From contig CM082596.2 in assembly GCA_040954595.2 (NCBI GenBank), positions 2,013,854 to 2,077,853 on the forward strand: a stretch of DNA of 64,000 nucleotides. The letters are read 5' to 3'. This document shows, piece after piece, positions 46,501-59,500 of the stretch. The DNA comes from Balanoglossus misakiensis. Lineage: Eukaryota; Animalia; Hemichordata. The notes beneath the pieces were generated by a model. It was not told the DNA's origin, did no database searches, and saw only the letters and a list, made by a program, of their open reading frames with translations. Positions within the stretch are counted from its first letter, which is position 1. Each line of letters opens with the position of its first letter. The translations under genes and the position numbers were made by a program.

Positions 46501-49500
46501 AACATGGAAACTGGTTTCTGTTGATATCGGGTTTGGATGGATTCAGACGACTTTTGACAATTTCGATTCAGGTACATGTATTACTGTTGATGATAGGTTT
46601 GGATTTGGAGTGTTGGAGGTGTACGCTAGTTGATCTTATAGAGCATTTTGAAAAAAAGTTGGCCTCTTTTGCCAAATACCGCAGTTTTTGCTCTTTGTCT
46701 GAAGAGACACTCATGTTTCTCCAAGCCTAGGTGTTATACCTTATACTCCACTTGGTATCCAGAACTCTGTAGCATTGCCACGACGACAGGGGGAATTTAT
46801 CATGATTGCCTTTGTGGATGTGAAATGTAAGACAGAACGCAAAGCTGTACACAGCAATAAAGTATTTCCATGGAGAGAGCACAAGGTGACATGAACAAAG
46901 CATTACGGACAGAAACAAAGTGACCTCAAGGTCAATACAGGGAGCCCCTTCCATTGATACGAGAGTCTTAAATTTCCGACTACCAGTAAACAGCAGATTT
47001 TGCCTCTAGGTATAGGCACATCGTTTGTAAACCATACAGCAAGACTACAAAGAACCTTTTTGGAACTGAAAATGACGATATAATTTACCTCCATGTTCTT
47101 GTTAAGCTATCAAACTGTCATGGCTCTTGACTTTAGATTTTGAAGGTCATTTGACGTAGATTTTATTTCGAAAATAACATGGAAAATAAACCAGGTCCAA
47201 TTTTATGGTACAGAAATGAGATAAATGCCTGCCTTGCAAGCAAAGAAGCCATATAAAATATAGATGTCGTATTAGAGCTCGCTTGCCCCTATGATAATAG
47301 AAGAGTATAATAACCAAGGCCAATATGACATTAGGTTGTAGGCTAGGTAAGAAAGTACTTGTAAACTTTTCCTGAACCCAGATCTGAAGCCTTAAAGTAT
47401 GATATGAACTGACATAAAAATCCATTACAAGAAAGCCATAAAAGTCTCTCCATATTTCACAAACATTCTCTTAAAACTGACAATAAAAGATAAAAGTACA
47501 CAAATGAGATATGGGGTATAAAAATTGTTTTCCTTGTCTGTTGTAAGAATGTGTCAGGTTTGTGAACAAATCAGTGATGTCACGAAGTTGGGTATTATCC
47601 AGAATTAATATCTCGGCAATATTATAAAAATTAATGAGCCTATTGTCCATTTGCTATCATTGGCAAATTGCTCCTATCAGCTGGAGCTAGTCAGCTTATT
47701 CTGTAATGTCATCCACATACACCAAAATGCATACAGTGTGACTCAAACAATGAGGCATTGGATTTATAGTGATGGCGACATTTCCGTTTTATCTGTAATG
47801 CCACCATGTAATGATTTCTCGTAAAAACGTGCACTGACTGATGCTAAGTAACATCACTAGCCCTGTCTGGGAACCACTATTCCATCAATTTGGCAAATTG
47901 CGATGTCAGATTACTTCGAAGACAGAAAAACATCGACCTTGGTCTGAGATGAAATTCATTTTTCAGGATGGATTGTCATTCCTTGGCAGTTTTATGGTGT
48001 GAGGGCAACCATCTTGATGAGATGAGCCCATTTCCCATGATACTTAAAAAATATTACTGATGTTATCAGCGTTTCCATGCAAGCCAGAGATAAAGACCAT
48101 TTCAGTAGTATAACCCTGGAGCTGTTTTCTGACCCTATTAAGGACAGCGTTTTGGAAATTGGTCATAAAATAAAACAGAGGAAGTTGTAACAGTGGCAGG
48201 TTCACATTTCTGAAAACACACGTTTAAAGTAACAAATACATTGGCACAGAGGATAATTCTATAATGCCCTAAGGTATTGGCACAGATCTCATGAGTTTTG
48301 CGAAATATAGCAGTTGCACCCAAATGAAATTTTAGATGATCACCCTAAACATATGAGGGATGTTTGTGTTTTACGACTGGCCACACTTTTATCAGCACTG
48401 GTTTAACCGTACCCATGTGTCAAACCTGACAGCTAAGTGTTTGCAAACTACAGTATATATTTGCTTGATTCCTGGGAAAGGATGGTTTGAAACTGGCAGT
48501 CAATAAAAAATGAGTCATCAATTTTTAATGCCGGTACATTCTGCAAATAAACAGTAATACTTATTCATCTGTCAGTTAATATTGTGTGAGAAATGTCAGC
48601 AAAAAATTGATTGTCACTTGGTTTGACAGTATGCGTGTAATTGAAATACAGTAAACGTGAACATGTGAAGACTTGATCGTGTAATTGTTACATGAAATGT
48701 TATTGATTTCTTTTATAGTGGTGATTGTAGATGCATTGCAAAATATTCCTGTGACAACATGTATGTGATGTTAAATGAGGCAATTTTAATTACATGTTTC
48801 GGAACTGTTAAATTGTAAAGCACATGCATTAATGTTTTTTCTTGGTTTGGTAAAATTTGCTGAAAGCATTAGAGCGCCCCCTCTAGGTGAGTGTTGCTGG
48901 ATCAGGCCCTTGGTAGCATTTGAGAACTTGCTTTTCCTAACATACATTTAGCTAAAAGCACCCTGTGCATGGCATTGCATTTCATGAAAAGATTTACCGG
49001 GGATACTGTACTTTGGAAAACAAGGAATTTCCTCAGAAAACATGAACTTGTAGTTTCCTTTACTTCTTTACCCATATAGGAATATGTCAGAATGTTTTTT
49101 CAAGTATTCACAGAAGAAATCTGAATAAACCTAAACGAAGAAAAAAATGTGTAGCCCACTGAGTGTTCATTGTTGTTGAAATAAGTACAGACATATGACA
49201 CCACCAAGTTGAATGAACTTGATAATCGGATCATTCAGAATTCAATGCATGCTAGACATGTGTAAATCTAATTTCTTGTTCCATTAATCTCAGTGTCCAA
49301 TTGTCGTCAAGGTCATAGTATATTAAGTATTTAGACTGTAGCATTGACCGTCCCGTTTTAATAGCAGTGTTGTGTCTGCAATAATAACCAGGCCTTTGAA
49401 GAGGGTGAGTCACTATTTTTCTCTTAGCAGGCTAGTTAAATGAACGAGTGATCACACCAGATTTCTCTTGTTCTCTCTTTCATTCTTCCTTCCTTTTCTC

Positions 49501-52500
49501 TCTCCCTTTTCTCTCTCGCTTCTGTCCTCTTCTCTCTTTCATTTCTTTCCTCCTCTCTCACTCCTGTCTTCCTGCTCTCTCTCTTGCTCTCTTCTCTCTC
49601 TTTCTCTCTAATCTTTCCTCCTCATCTTCCTCCTCTCTCTCCCCTATCCTCCTATCACATCTGCACATGTTATTCATCAGGTTAATTAATAGTGTAATTA
49701 TGATTGAAAATGAATAATTTATCATAAAAATGAATAATGTAAAAGTAAATAGCAAAATGTCTCAGATTGCCAGTCGTGTGTGACATGATACATTAAATTG
49801 CCTGTGAACACCTGTAGTTATGGGCTCTGTAAAATAACAAAAAAATGCTGTTTAAAAGATGTTGAGCCAATAGCAAATACATGTACCAGTCATATGATTT
49901 GAGACCCATTTTCAGACTTCTGACCTTCCGATTTTGTGCTTGTAGAAATCTCGAGCATCTATCATATTATGATGTCTCTTGGATGAGATGAGAAACAATA
50001 TGATGTATTTTGTATCTCATCTGGGGTGTCTTTCATTATGCAGATTAATTTTAACCACTGCAATATATTATGTGCAGTGTCAACACTCTGTTAATGCCAC
50101 CTGCTGTGGGAGGGCCCAGGGCAGAAATTTGTACATGCGACATGCATGTACATTACTTGTAATGTACGTGTATCTGGTTTGTGTAGAACAACTAGAATTT
50201 ATCTAGATGTCTGCGGACGTAAAAGTACTTTGGTTTGCCTGTGGTGTTTGGACAACTATACTAGCTTTGTTGTTTCCTATGGCAAGGTTGTTTTAAAAGT
50301 TCAATGTAAGCTTCATGTTAAAGGGACACCTCTAATTTACCTGATATGCCCATATATCAACCTCCATGTATAGTTTAAAGAGAGTTCACGTCAAATCGTT
50401 GAATCGAGAGATCAGCTCACACTTGGAAACTTTCACATTCATAAATCACAATGTCTCGCTGTTGGTGCTGGACAATCAGTCAGTTAAATTCCATATCTCA
50501 CAGCGAACTCATATAAGATCTCAACGGGGAACCAGAAACTATGAAAATTTTATTATTATTTATATCACATCCCATGGGGTATGTATAGCTGCATTTAAAC
50601 AAACAGTGTCCATAAAATACGAGTGGAATTCCTGCTGTGGAGAAAGCATTCTTTATTTTTATTTTCAATAAAATTTCACAACGTGGAAAAAATCTAGTAA
50701 TGTGTCGAGTTATTTGCTGTAGCTGGATTTATAACGTGCATTGTTTCAAGAAAATACTACAGACGCACATTATTGTATTATGGCATGGATTTTTTACTTA
50801 GAAGAGAAACTAGATAGAAATATGACAGATGGCTTCCAATGTCTATGACATGTATCTTCACATTGATCCCGATCTGAATCACATGTCTAATTATCCATCC
50901 ATCAGCGACGATAATTCATGGGTTCTTTGCCGGTGCTATACGCGAGTGTTAAATCAATGTCATTCCGACACTGCGTAGTAAACGAGGGTCATTCCTGGCT
51001 CCTTCCTCTTTCCCGGAGCAAGGGATCTGCATTTATCGGTCCTGCGTGTGTTCTTCTGCATCAGCATCACTGCTTCACTCTCCTCTCAAATACCGAGCAG
51101 CACTCGCATTACCCTGGACGTCATTTATTTTGGTATTTCTGATAAAAATATTTTAATGAGTCATCGAGTTAATCTGACCCGTATTTCGCATGACTGCTCA
51201 GAAAATCTCGATCACTTGACGCAGATAGGATGGCAACACCTAAGAGAACATTCCTTGTCCGCCTTCCCTCGTTTACGCAAAACTCTGGACATTATAATGT
51301 GAGCAGGTAAGAAGCAAGTTTCCATGGAAATATCAGATATAACCACCATGATGCTGGACTTATATAGACTTGGATGAAATCACTTTGTGTTCTGTAGGTG
51401 TGTGTGGCTTCATCATCATCATCTAGAGCCAATTGTTTCCAACAGAGTAATTCCTGATTTTCATTCAGACAAGTTCATGACTATACCGGTTAGAATTGTG
51501 ATTCACATTGTGGCACAAAAGGAAAGGAATTCACCAACTTCTTTATGGACGACAATTGGCCTACATCTAGGCCGCCAGAATTAATAATATTCATGAAGTG
51601 TAAATTGCTGTCTGGCTTTGAAAAATGCTTTATTGAATTTGTAGAATTGAAAAATAATTAGATTTGTATCAAAGAGATTAGATAGTATTGCCAGGGTCTT
51701 ATTCCATCTGAGTGAACAGTGCAGTGTATTGAATCTACAATGTTAAGTGCTATCGCACTAAATGATCACAATAATACCGTATGAAATTGTACCGCTGCAA
51801 ACCATATCACTGGTATTTTATGTTCTGGGAATCATTCTAGTATTCCTGTGAAACTTTTCTGTTCAGTTTTGTGTTCGTCAATCGTCTTATCACTGTTTAT
51901 CTCAGATTTCAACTTTCAAGTCACGGATGTTGTCTGCATATCATTCAGTCTTATCAACTCAGATGTAACCATTTAGTCTGGATGGCAATCTGAAAGTGAT
52001 GTCCTCATTAAATTTGTTTATATGTTGATATCTTTGTTTGGTATAAACACTGGTCACGTTTTGTGCAAAATGGTACAATACTTTTGTATGCTGTTCAGTC
52101 CCTGTAATATAGCCGTTTTACCATCAACATAATTTTGATATTTTCATCATGCATGATCAGTATTCATGCGATATTCCATGACTTAATCTTTCTGTAATCT
52201 CAGGTCAGTGACATCCTTGAGTGCTATGGAGTCATTTACCCCTGGATAATTTTACGAGATTAACCTTGCTAAGAACCAAATGCATTTTGACATAGGACAG
52301 ACAGTATATTGTCCGTAGAATGTTATGGTTAGCGAACATGGCACTTACATGTAATATATGTGGATCTGCAAGAATCTTGGCCGTTCTACATTTGCACCAA
52401 TTTGATTGAAATACTATCTTTAATGATAAATTCATTGATCTGCTACATACGCTGATCTGGTTAATCTATTTTAATGCTGCATACATGTACATCCTCGCCG

Positions 52501-53565
52501 GTCAAGGTGATCGGCATTTATTTTAATTCACTCTAAAAGTCTCCCCAACCGAAGTACAGTGATCCGTTAATCCGGTGGAATTAGTTGCAACTTGAAAAGG
52601 TGTTTTATGAGATTCGCTTAGAAGAACGTGACTGAAATTGGTATCAAATGCATGTCTACACTTGCAGAACAGAATATGCCAGTGAAATAAAAGTAAATAT
52701 TCCAGGTGATAATGCACAGTTTGGTGAGCTAATGCATATACCAGGGTATACGTAGGTATCTGTCATGTCTCCTCCGCTTTGTGTCATTCCTTGCTTTCAG
52801 CAGTGGTTGAAAAGTTGCCTTCCCAGTCAGCCTTGCTTGGCCATATGTTGGCATAAAGGCAGACTACATGCAATTTCATGGGTGTCATTTTGCAAGGCAT
52901 GGCTTATAATACTCTGTCATTGATATTTGAGAAAATATGATTGCCTTACACTGAAACCGCCGCATAAAACCGAAAATACTCAACCGTCGGAAATGTTCAT
53001 AGCCTTGGGCTGGAGCACGGAAAATTTGATATCCGTGGGTGTCTTACAATTCAGAAATTCAATGCAGCTAATTTCTCTGAGTAGAAATTGTTTTGACCCG
53101 ATCTGTTTCTTCAAATGTACAGCTTTTCGAAAACACCATGTGTCAGTGGAATTTCTGAAGTCGCAGAAATACGATCGATTTTCAAAATAAATTGCATTTG
53201 TAACACTGTTCAGCTGGAGTTTTTTCGTACTGTATGTCCATCAAATTCAATAAAGTGTCTGCAATTCAGATACCAGTAGTTTAGTTGAGAAATATTTGTG
53301 TGTACACGTATACGTGTAGGTCTCGTTTTTTGACAACTAACTGGAAATTATAAGTCAGTGACTGGTCGTGTTTTATGGATGCCATAGAATGAATGTTATG
53401 TACATACTCGTGTATTGTTCTTTCATCATTTTGCTTTTTCTTGAGATTTTAATGTTTTTTTTCTGGTTTGCCAACAGGAAAGAAGATAAGGAGGACAAAA
53501 AGAAAGAGAAAGAGAGGAAGAAAGAAGAAAAGAAAGAAAAGAAGAAATACAAGACCAAGAATGAG
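34576..53565 (+). CDS. 5' end of an unidentified long-intron gene: exon 34576-34601 (MPLTLERR-R) spliced to Lys/Glu-rich exon 53478-53565 (KEDKEDKKKEKERKKEEKKEKKKYKTKNE); probably continues beyond the window
   Basis: gccATG and AG|gtaagt donor (phase 2) in a CpG-rich promoter with YY1-like AACATGGCG at ~34376. Strong pyrimidine tract plus cag acceptor at 53477 (phase 2) and GAG|gtagat donor (phase 0). Confidence 0.6.
39631..39644. promoter_or_regulatory. Canonical RFX X-box GTTGCTATGGAAAC
   Basis: Matches the GTTNCCATGGNAAC-type consensus. It sits between the inverted 10-mers CGTTAAACGG (39590) and CCGTTTAACG (~39703). Confidence 0.45.
46172..46255 (+). mobile_element. Degenerate third copy of the ~85-bp piggyBac-like MITE
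   Basis: Shares tgttttct(a/g)tggtaaa(g/t)ttggacctcta and the terminal gaaagggtt with the 22368 copy. Confidence 0.55.
49462..49650 (+). repeat. CT-rich low-complexity polypyrimidine tract
   Basis: About 190 nt that are almost entirely C/T. Confidence 0.9.
51230..51306 (+). CDS. Candidate alternative first coding exon (MATPKRTFLVRLPSFTQNSGHYNVS-R) of the same gene
   Basis: aggATGG start and CAG|gtaaga donor. Phase 2 matches exon 53478; upstream 50.9-51.2 kb is CpG-enriched. Confidence 0.55.
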
Positions 53566-56500
53566 GTAGATTGTGATTTTATTGCATGTATGTACTCGCT
53601 TTTCGAAACCAAATCAATATACATCATATTACGATGTAAATTGTTTTTGTTTCAGAAATTATGTGGACAAGAGAGTGCTTTGCCAATATACATACATTGC
53701 AGTATGCACACATGCAGAGTAAAGCAAAATTGAGTTATATGTGCTTGCTTGCATGCGTACATACACACAAATGCACACATAGCAAACATACATGTACAAA
53801 CATAAAGACAAACAAATGCATATTTTTGCCATAAAAACAAAACACAGTGTAAATACTGGTCACTCAATCGACAAGGAATGTCAAAGAAGAGAAACAGAGA
53901 GAGATCGATTTGTCTCAGCGACGAAATAAACAAGGGATATGCCCTAACCGGGAAACAGGCCAGTTAAGCAAAGTTCATCGTGCAGTATAAAGTAGCGTCG
54001 CGTCTCTTTAGAATGCAACTCCAGAGGGTGCACTCGTAGCCAAGACAGTCTGCTCCGAACAGATGCTGGAGGCACAGACCAGGCTGGTTTGTAGCAGACA
54101 CTAACATAGATTTCGGAGGAGGGTTTATGTTACGTCTGGCCTCAGCGGAGATAGCCTCGTCGGACCACATATGTTTCAGTGACAGATTTTGCTACATAGT
54201 TGAAAATCACTGGATAGCATTACTGCCCGGCCGGTATCTGGTTTCCCGATGTTGGAGATAGTGTTCATTCCCGTTTGGGAAGCACTGCAGTCCAGATTGG
54301 GATCCGATCTTTATCTGATAAAGTGATCTAGCAGAATCTGTCATACATATATATCTGCTTTGCTCCTGTGTGCAGTCTCTTGCTTATTACCCAGAAACCC
54401 ACGGTAGGTGAATTTTCGTGTATTTTAAACTGATTCTGTGCAAACTATAGAGCCTGTGCAACTCAGCATGCGAGTCTGTGTTGTGTACAGAGTGTGCTAT
54501 ATCACGCAAACTGCAAGCATTTGAAAGTGAAATCTACTGGTATTTAAAGTCAGTTGTCAGCTGGTGTTCGTCACTTTAATACTGGGTATCTTTAGAAAGT
54601 GAAACAGCGTATCTCAGATAGAGACCGTCAGACGGCATTAAAGTGTAAATTTTTTTACTTAATATTTTGCGCTGGCTGTTGTTCCTTCCCACACTCTTGA
54701 TTATTTTTAGAATATGACACTTTCTGATTTGGTCGCACGTGCCTGGTGTTGACATTTCTGACACTGCGAACACACAGATTGAGTCATTGGAAAGCTGATC
54801 CGTCTACAACTCATAAATTGAGAGCAGTCACTTCGCCAAATTAATACCATCGGTCAGGACTGGTGCATTTTTGCACAATGAAGTCAATTATTCTCAATTA
54901 TTTGTCAGTCTGTGAAAAATGAACGAACTCTACACAATAGTGAGACTGTATTATCATACACTTGTGTTGATATGAGACACGTAATGGTTTCAGCTAGTCG
55001 AAATCAGCACGTAATACAACTTTTGCATTTAATAATTCATCAATTGTTCAAAAAAACTAATTGAAATTTATAGCAGCTCATATATAATGTAATTGCATAA
55101 TAATGAACAACATTTACACTTGTCAATAATTCTTTTTAAAATGTATGGATTAATTATTATTTCATGTTGCATAATTTATCATTGTCCTGAACATTTCATG
55201 AAATGTTTATGAAGTTGTTAAAACTGTATCCTGACAGGTAATCAATATATATATGTGAACAATACAACCAATATTTTCTTATGAATCTGTCCATTTCCAT
55301 ATGTCTGTTTAGCATTCAAGTGAAGAGGTTTTTTATAGCGACATTTGCATATACATGTATTGTGATGAAATGCAACTTTCTAAATATGATGGTAGGGGTT
55401 AACTATATTTGGCAATGTTGTGGCAAGTTTTAACAATCATGCGATAAATGCATGGTGTGTATTAAGTTAAAGTAGAATTGATGATCAATAATAACGCTGA
55501 TCAGTCTATCTAACTTTTAGTATTTCACTGGAAAAAAATGTCTTTCACAATTCATGTCTAACCAGTAGCTAGTGTACCGTTTATTTTTCATATTGTGTCA
55601 ATGTACGGATGATCGTATATTCCAATAAACCGTGTTGGCAGATATTGTATTTACAATCAAAAACAGGTGTCGGGGCCCAGCCACCAACTGTGGTGAAATT
55701 TCCGGCTGGCTGAAAGTCCCGCTTTGTCTGGATCTGTCTAGTTGGGCAACAGCTGCTTTGATGTCCAAATTAAGTCATCTTCCACCTTTGATGGCGGTGT
55801 TTTGAACACAGTCTGGGCTGAGTAATTGCCGTCACTGAAATATGGGCCACATAAAACCTTGACATGTTGGTGATCCCTGCCAAGTGATTGACAACTGGTG
55901 GTCCACTCCAGTTATGTAATTAACATTTATATATGCACACACGTGCACATGCATGTGCACACGTGCCGCGCATATACACACACATGTATGTTTAATATCA
56001 GAATATATAAACCAGAATGTCCAGTATTTGATAATGTCGGCAACTTTTGTAAGCAATGTGCATCTTGTCTTCGTTTTAGAAGTGATGATCTGTGTGTAAC
56101 TTTCACTAACAAGTAACATCTTTGTATTGTTGTGCAGGGTTTATTGGTGAAATTAGCCATTCCTGATAATTGGAGAAAACATTTATACAGAAGTTTAGGT
56201 AAAAATGTCTATGTTTTGGTTAAGCTGTGCCTAGCAGGTCATCAATATTGTTTTAGCTGTTTGTTGCGGAATTTACGCCTGCACAGCTTACATGTACGCT
56301 CATTCCAATCGGTGATATACTAGCTGACGTGACCTTGCTTGCCCGGCAATGTGACCTTTTAACGAAGCGGAGAAACTATGAAAGCCTGCCCTCTGTGGCA
56401 AACATCAGAAAATGTTTCTCCTGCCGGCAAAAATACTTTTGAGGTTTATATTAAAATTCCACATAGCTGGTACCGTTTGTATTCTGCAGCAAACTTGTAC

Positions 56501-59500
56501 CCATGAGGAAGTTGTCCTCTATGCATGTGCAAATTAAAATGTACACGGGGACATAACGAAACCAAAAGACTCAAAAGACAGCTTTAATATCCTAATGTGA
56601 GTTTTATCAGAGCAAACACATCCCCAGCTAATAAATCTGCATTCAGGGACTCTGTTTTACAATCTGAAGAAATAAATCATTGTAAATAAGAGGACAAACA
56701 CCGTCAACTTTCCTTGTTCCCTTTTGCTTATCGATTCTCGCTTGTTTGGTCAGACAAAACAGTTACTGCATTATGATCAGGAGAATCTTGTAAGTAAGAA
56801 TAATTGTAAAACAAAATTATTGATGTTAGTGAAATCAAGTCAGTCGGTACATAGGTTAATTTATATTCATATAACACTTCACACAAAGTCTTATTCATTG
56901 TGTCCTATAAAGTTATGTTTCCTGCATGTTAAGGAAACTGCAAGTAAAGTTTAGATGGCAGCGTTCATCTGCCCATGATGTATTAATGATTTTCCCTGCT
57001 GTAATGCATCTGCGTGGCATATCAGTGACATGAAGGTCCCTACTTCAGTGAAATCTGATGAAATCAATCTGTAGTAAATACTCCAGATGACAAGGCTTTG
57101 TTTGTATATTGGGTTAAAGCCCTCACTATAAATAGCCATCCATCCTGGGTAAATCAATACAGAGATAGAGGGTCAATAATATGAAGGTGTGCACTATGCC
57201 CAAACAATGATGTTACATGTATACTGTGTACACTCAGAAATCCATTTGACAGGGGTTCGGATGCACAGTATTGACTTTTTGGAGATAGTGTGATAATTCT
57301 CCTGATCACTAACACTCACACAAATGAACCCATGCATGGCATTGTCGCTGCCAATCAGGGGTTGATTGACAGGGGGTGACTTAGCATTGTCGCTGTGGTG
57401 TGGCATATACAAATTGGGAATGGGGCGATTCTGCAGTGACATGGCATATGTCTCTGAGTCGTAAATCAGAGTGCAGGTGCAAAGACTGGAAGTTGGTGGA
57501 GACACAAAACTTGACTGATACAGGCAGAATTGATAAGGGTCTTTTATCTGTGAAATAAACTGTATTGAAATTGATTGATGGAGCTAGAGTGTGGGCAGGA
57601 CTGATCTGGAGAATGACCCTGTTTGAAAGCTGATACAGAATAACGCTCTCTAGGACATCTCTCTGCAGTAAATTTAAGCCATACACATAATGAAATTTGA
57701 TTAACTCCCCTCTCTTGCTCACTATATGGAATGCTCCATTTGACAGTGTGAGCAGGACTATGGATCGTAATACTTCCCGTTTCGTAGAGTGGTTTATACC
57801 AACAAATTTGTAATAATTTGTAAGAGGCATTAGCTGTTAGAATGTCAACCTAACAGTTGATAGTCATTATCTACAGTATAGTTGATGTGTTCCAAAAATG
57901 CGTTGTTGTTTGGTGAAATTTGCTGGTGTGTGTAGGATGCCCCTGGAGAGGTGACTGTTAATGTGTTGTTAACACTACCGAAAGGATTTCTGGCTTCACA
58001 AGCAAACTGGACTTCAGTGGAAACAGAGTCGCAGCCTGAGGGGACCAGTTGGTCTGCCCAATGGGTGTCCCTGGATGGTGAATTATGGTTTTTAGATGGA
58101 CATTAATAACTATGACAGGGTGGTCCACCATACAGTAATGGCTTAATCAGTTCATTAAGTGGATGTTGTACAAGGTTTTTTTGCAAGTTGGCGGAAAGCA
58201 GTGAAGGAAAGATATGGAGATGTTGAAAGTGGTGAGTACAAAACTTGTTGAAGATGTATGATTTCACAAGTATATCAGACAAGTTGGCAACGTACCAGCG
58301 GTGATATATTACAAGCTTTGAGGAGCTTCACTTCTTACTTGACATTCAAATGCTTGCTTTCGCGGCATTTTACAAGGTCCCTAACACAAGCCGTGAATGT
58401 GAAGTATGCGCAGACACGGTACCTCAGTGAAGCTGGAGAATATAGTCGCTCAGCTTGCGCTCGTAACACCCAGAGATTATGACCAGAATTCCAACACATT
58501 CACCATAAAGATAACACTTGTGTGTAAATGTCAAGATGCGCCATCAAGAAAAACATATCTAGATGGCGCTTCGGGCAAAAGAAACACAGGGAAAAAACAG
58601 TGATGAATTTGGTAAAAATCGGCTACCCGCACAATTTGTACGCACAAGTTCCAATGCAGAATGTCAAAGGGTCAGTGACATATAGCATGTCCCTGGAGCC
58701 CTGCATATCCTAGCAGTCTGTCTTTTGCAAATTTTGATGAGTATAATTGCTGGTTGGGAATATAAATTAATAGTATCAGTGTCTCTCAATTTCCGACACA
58801 CAATGGTGTTTTTCAGCTGTGCTGAAATTGAAAGTTTTGTTTAATTTCTATATTTACTCTGTTGTAATATTAATTGTTGTTTTGCCATTGTGTGCATGCA
58901 GTTCACCCCTGTGTCACCCCATTCATTTGTAGCTGTATGCTAAACTGATAATTCAGGTGGTACTTCAATTGGTAAACCTTGCTGTCAGCAAAAAATAACA
59001 GTGCATGAAATGAATGTAGCCCTTGAACTTCATCATGATGGCAAACAAAGATAGTACAGATGTAATTATGCATTTGTAGATCTTATCCAGACCATTTCAC
59101 TGGCGGCATTGACAGCACTGTGTATTAAAGATTGACCAAGTTACATCTGATCATAGCATTCATTACTTGGCCATTCAGCAGTTTTGATAAAAACATCAAG
59201 TGGGTCTATTGCGTGTGCGGAGGACATGTCGGAAGTTGTTCCAAAAGAATTCTTTGATTGGTTCAGCCTGTGTGGTGCCCGCAATGAAAGTGAACTATTC
59301 AAGTCTGGTTCGGTGTGTTTGTACGCCTGATGTGCTCAGAAAATTAATTGCATTTCTAGTCGCGAGAGTTGTGTACCTTCGGGCTTGTTGTACTCTCCGT
59401 AAAATTTAAACAAATTAAGACCAAAAAGTTCCCCTGTAACATAACTTCTCATCCGAAAAGTGTCCTGACCATGTTGTAAGCCACAGTTCAGAGTACTGTC

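Noticed and set aside
49448-49755. Leu/Ser/Phe-rich and Glu/Arg-rich ORFs
   Set aside because: Translation artefacts of the CT-rich tract.
57520-57541. Partial similarity to the 3' half of miR-184
   Set aside because: The seed is absent and there is no precursor hairpin.
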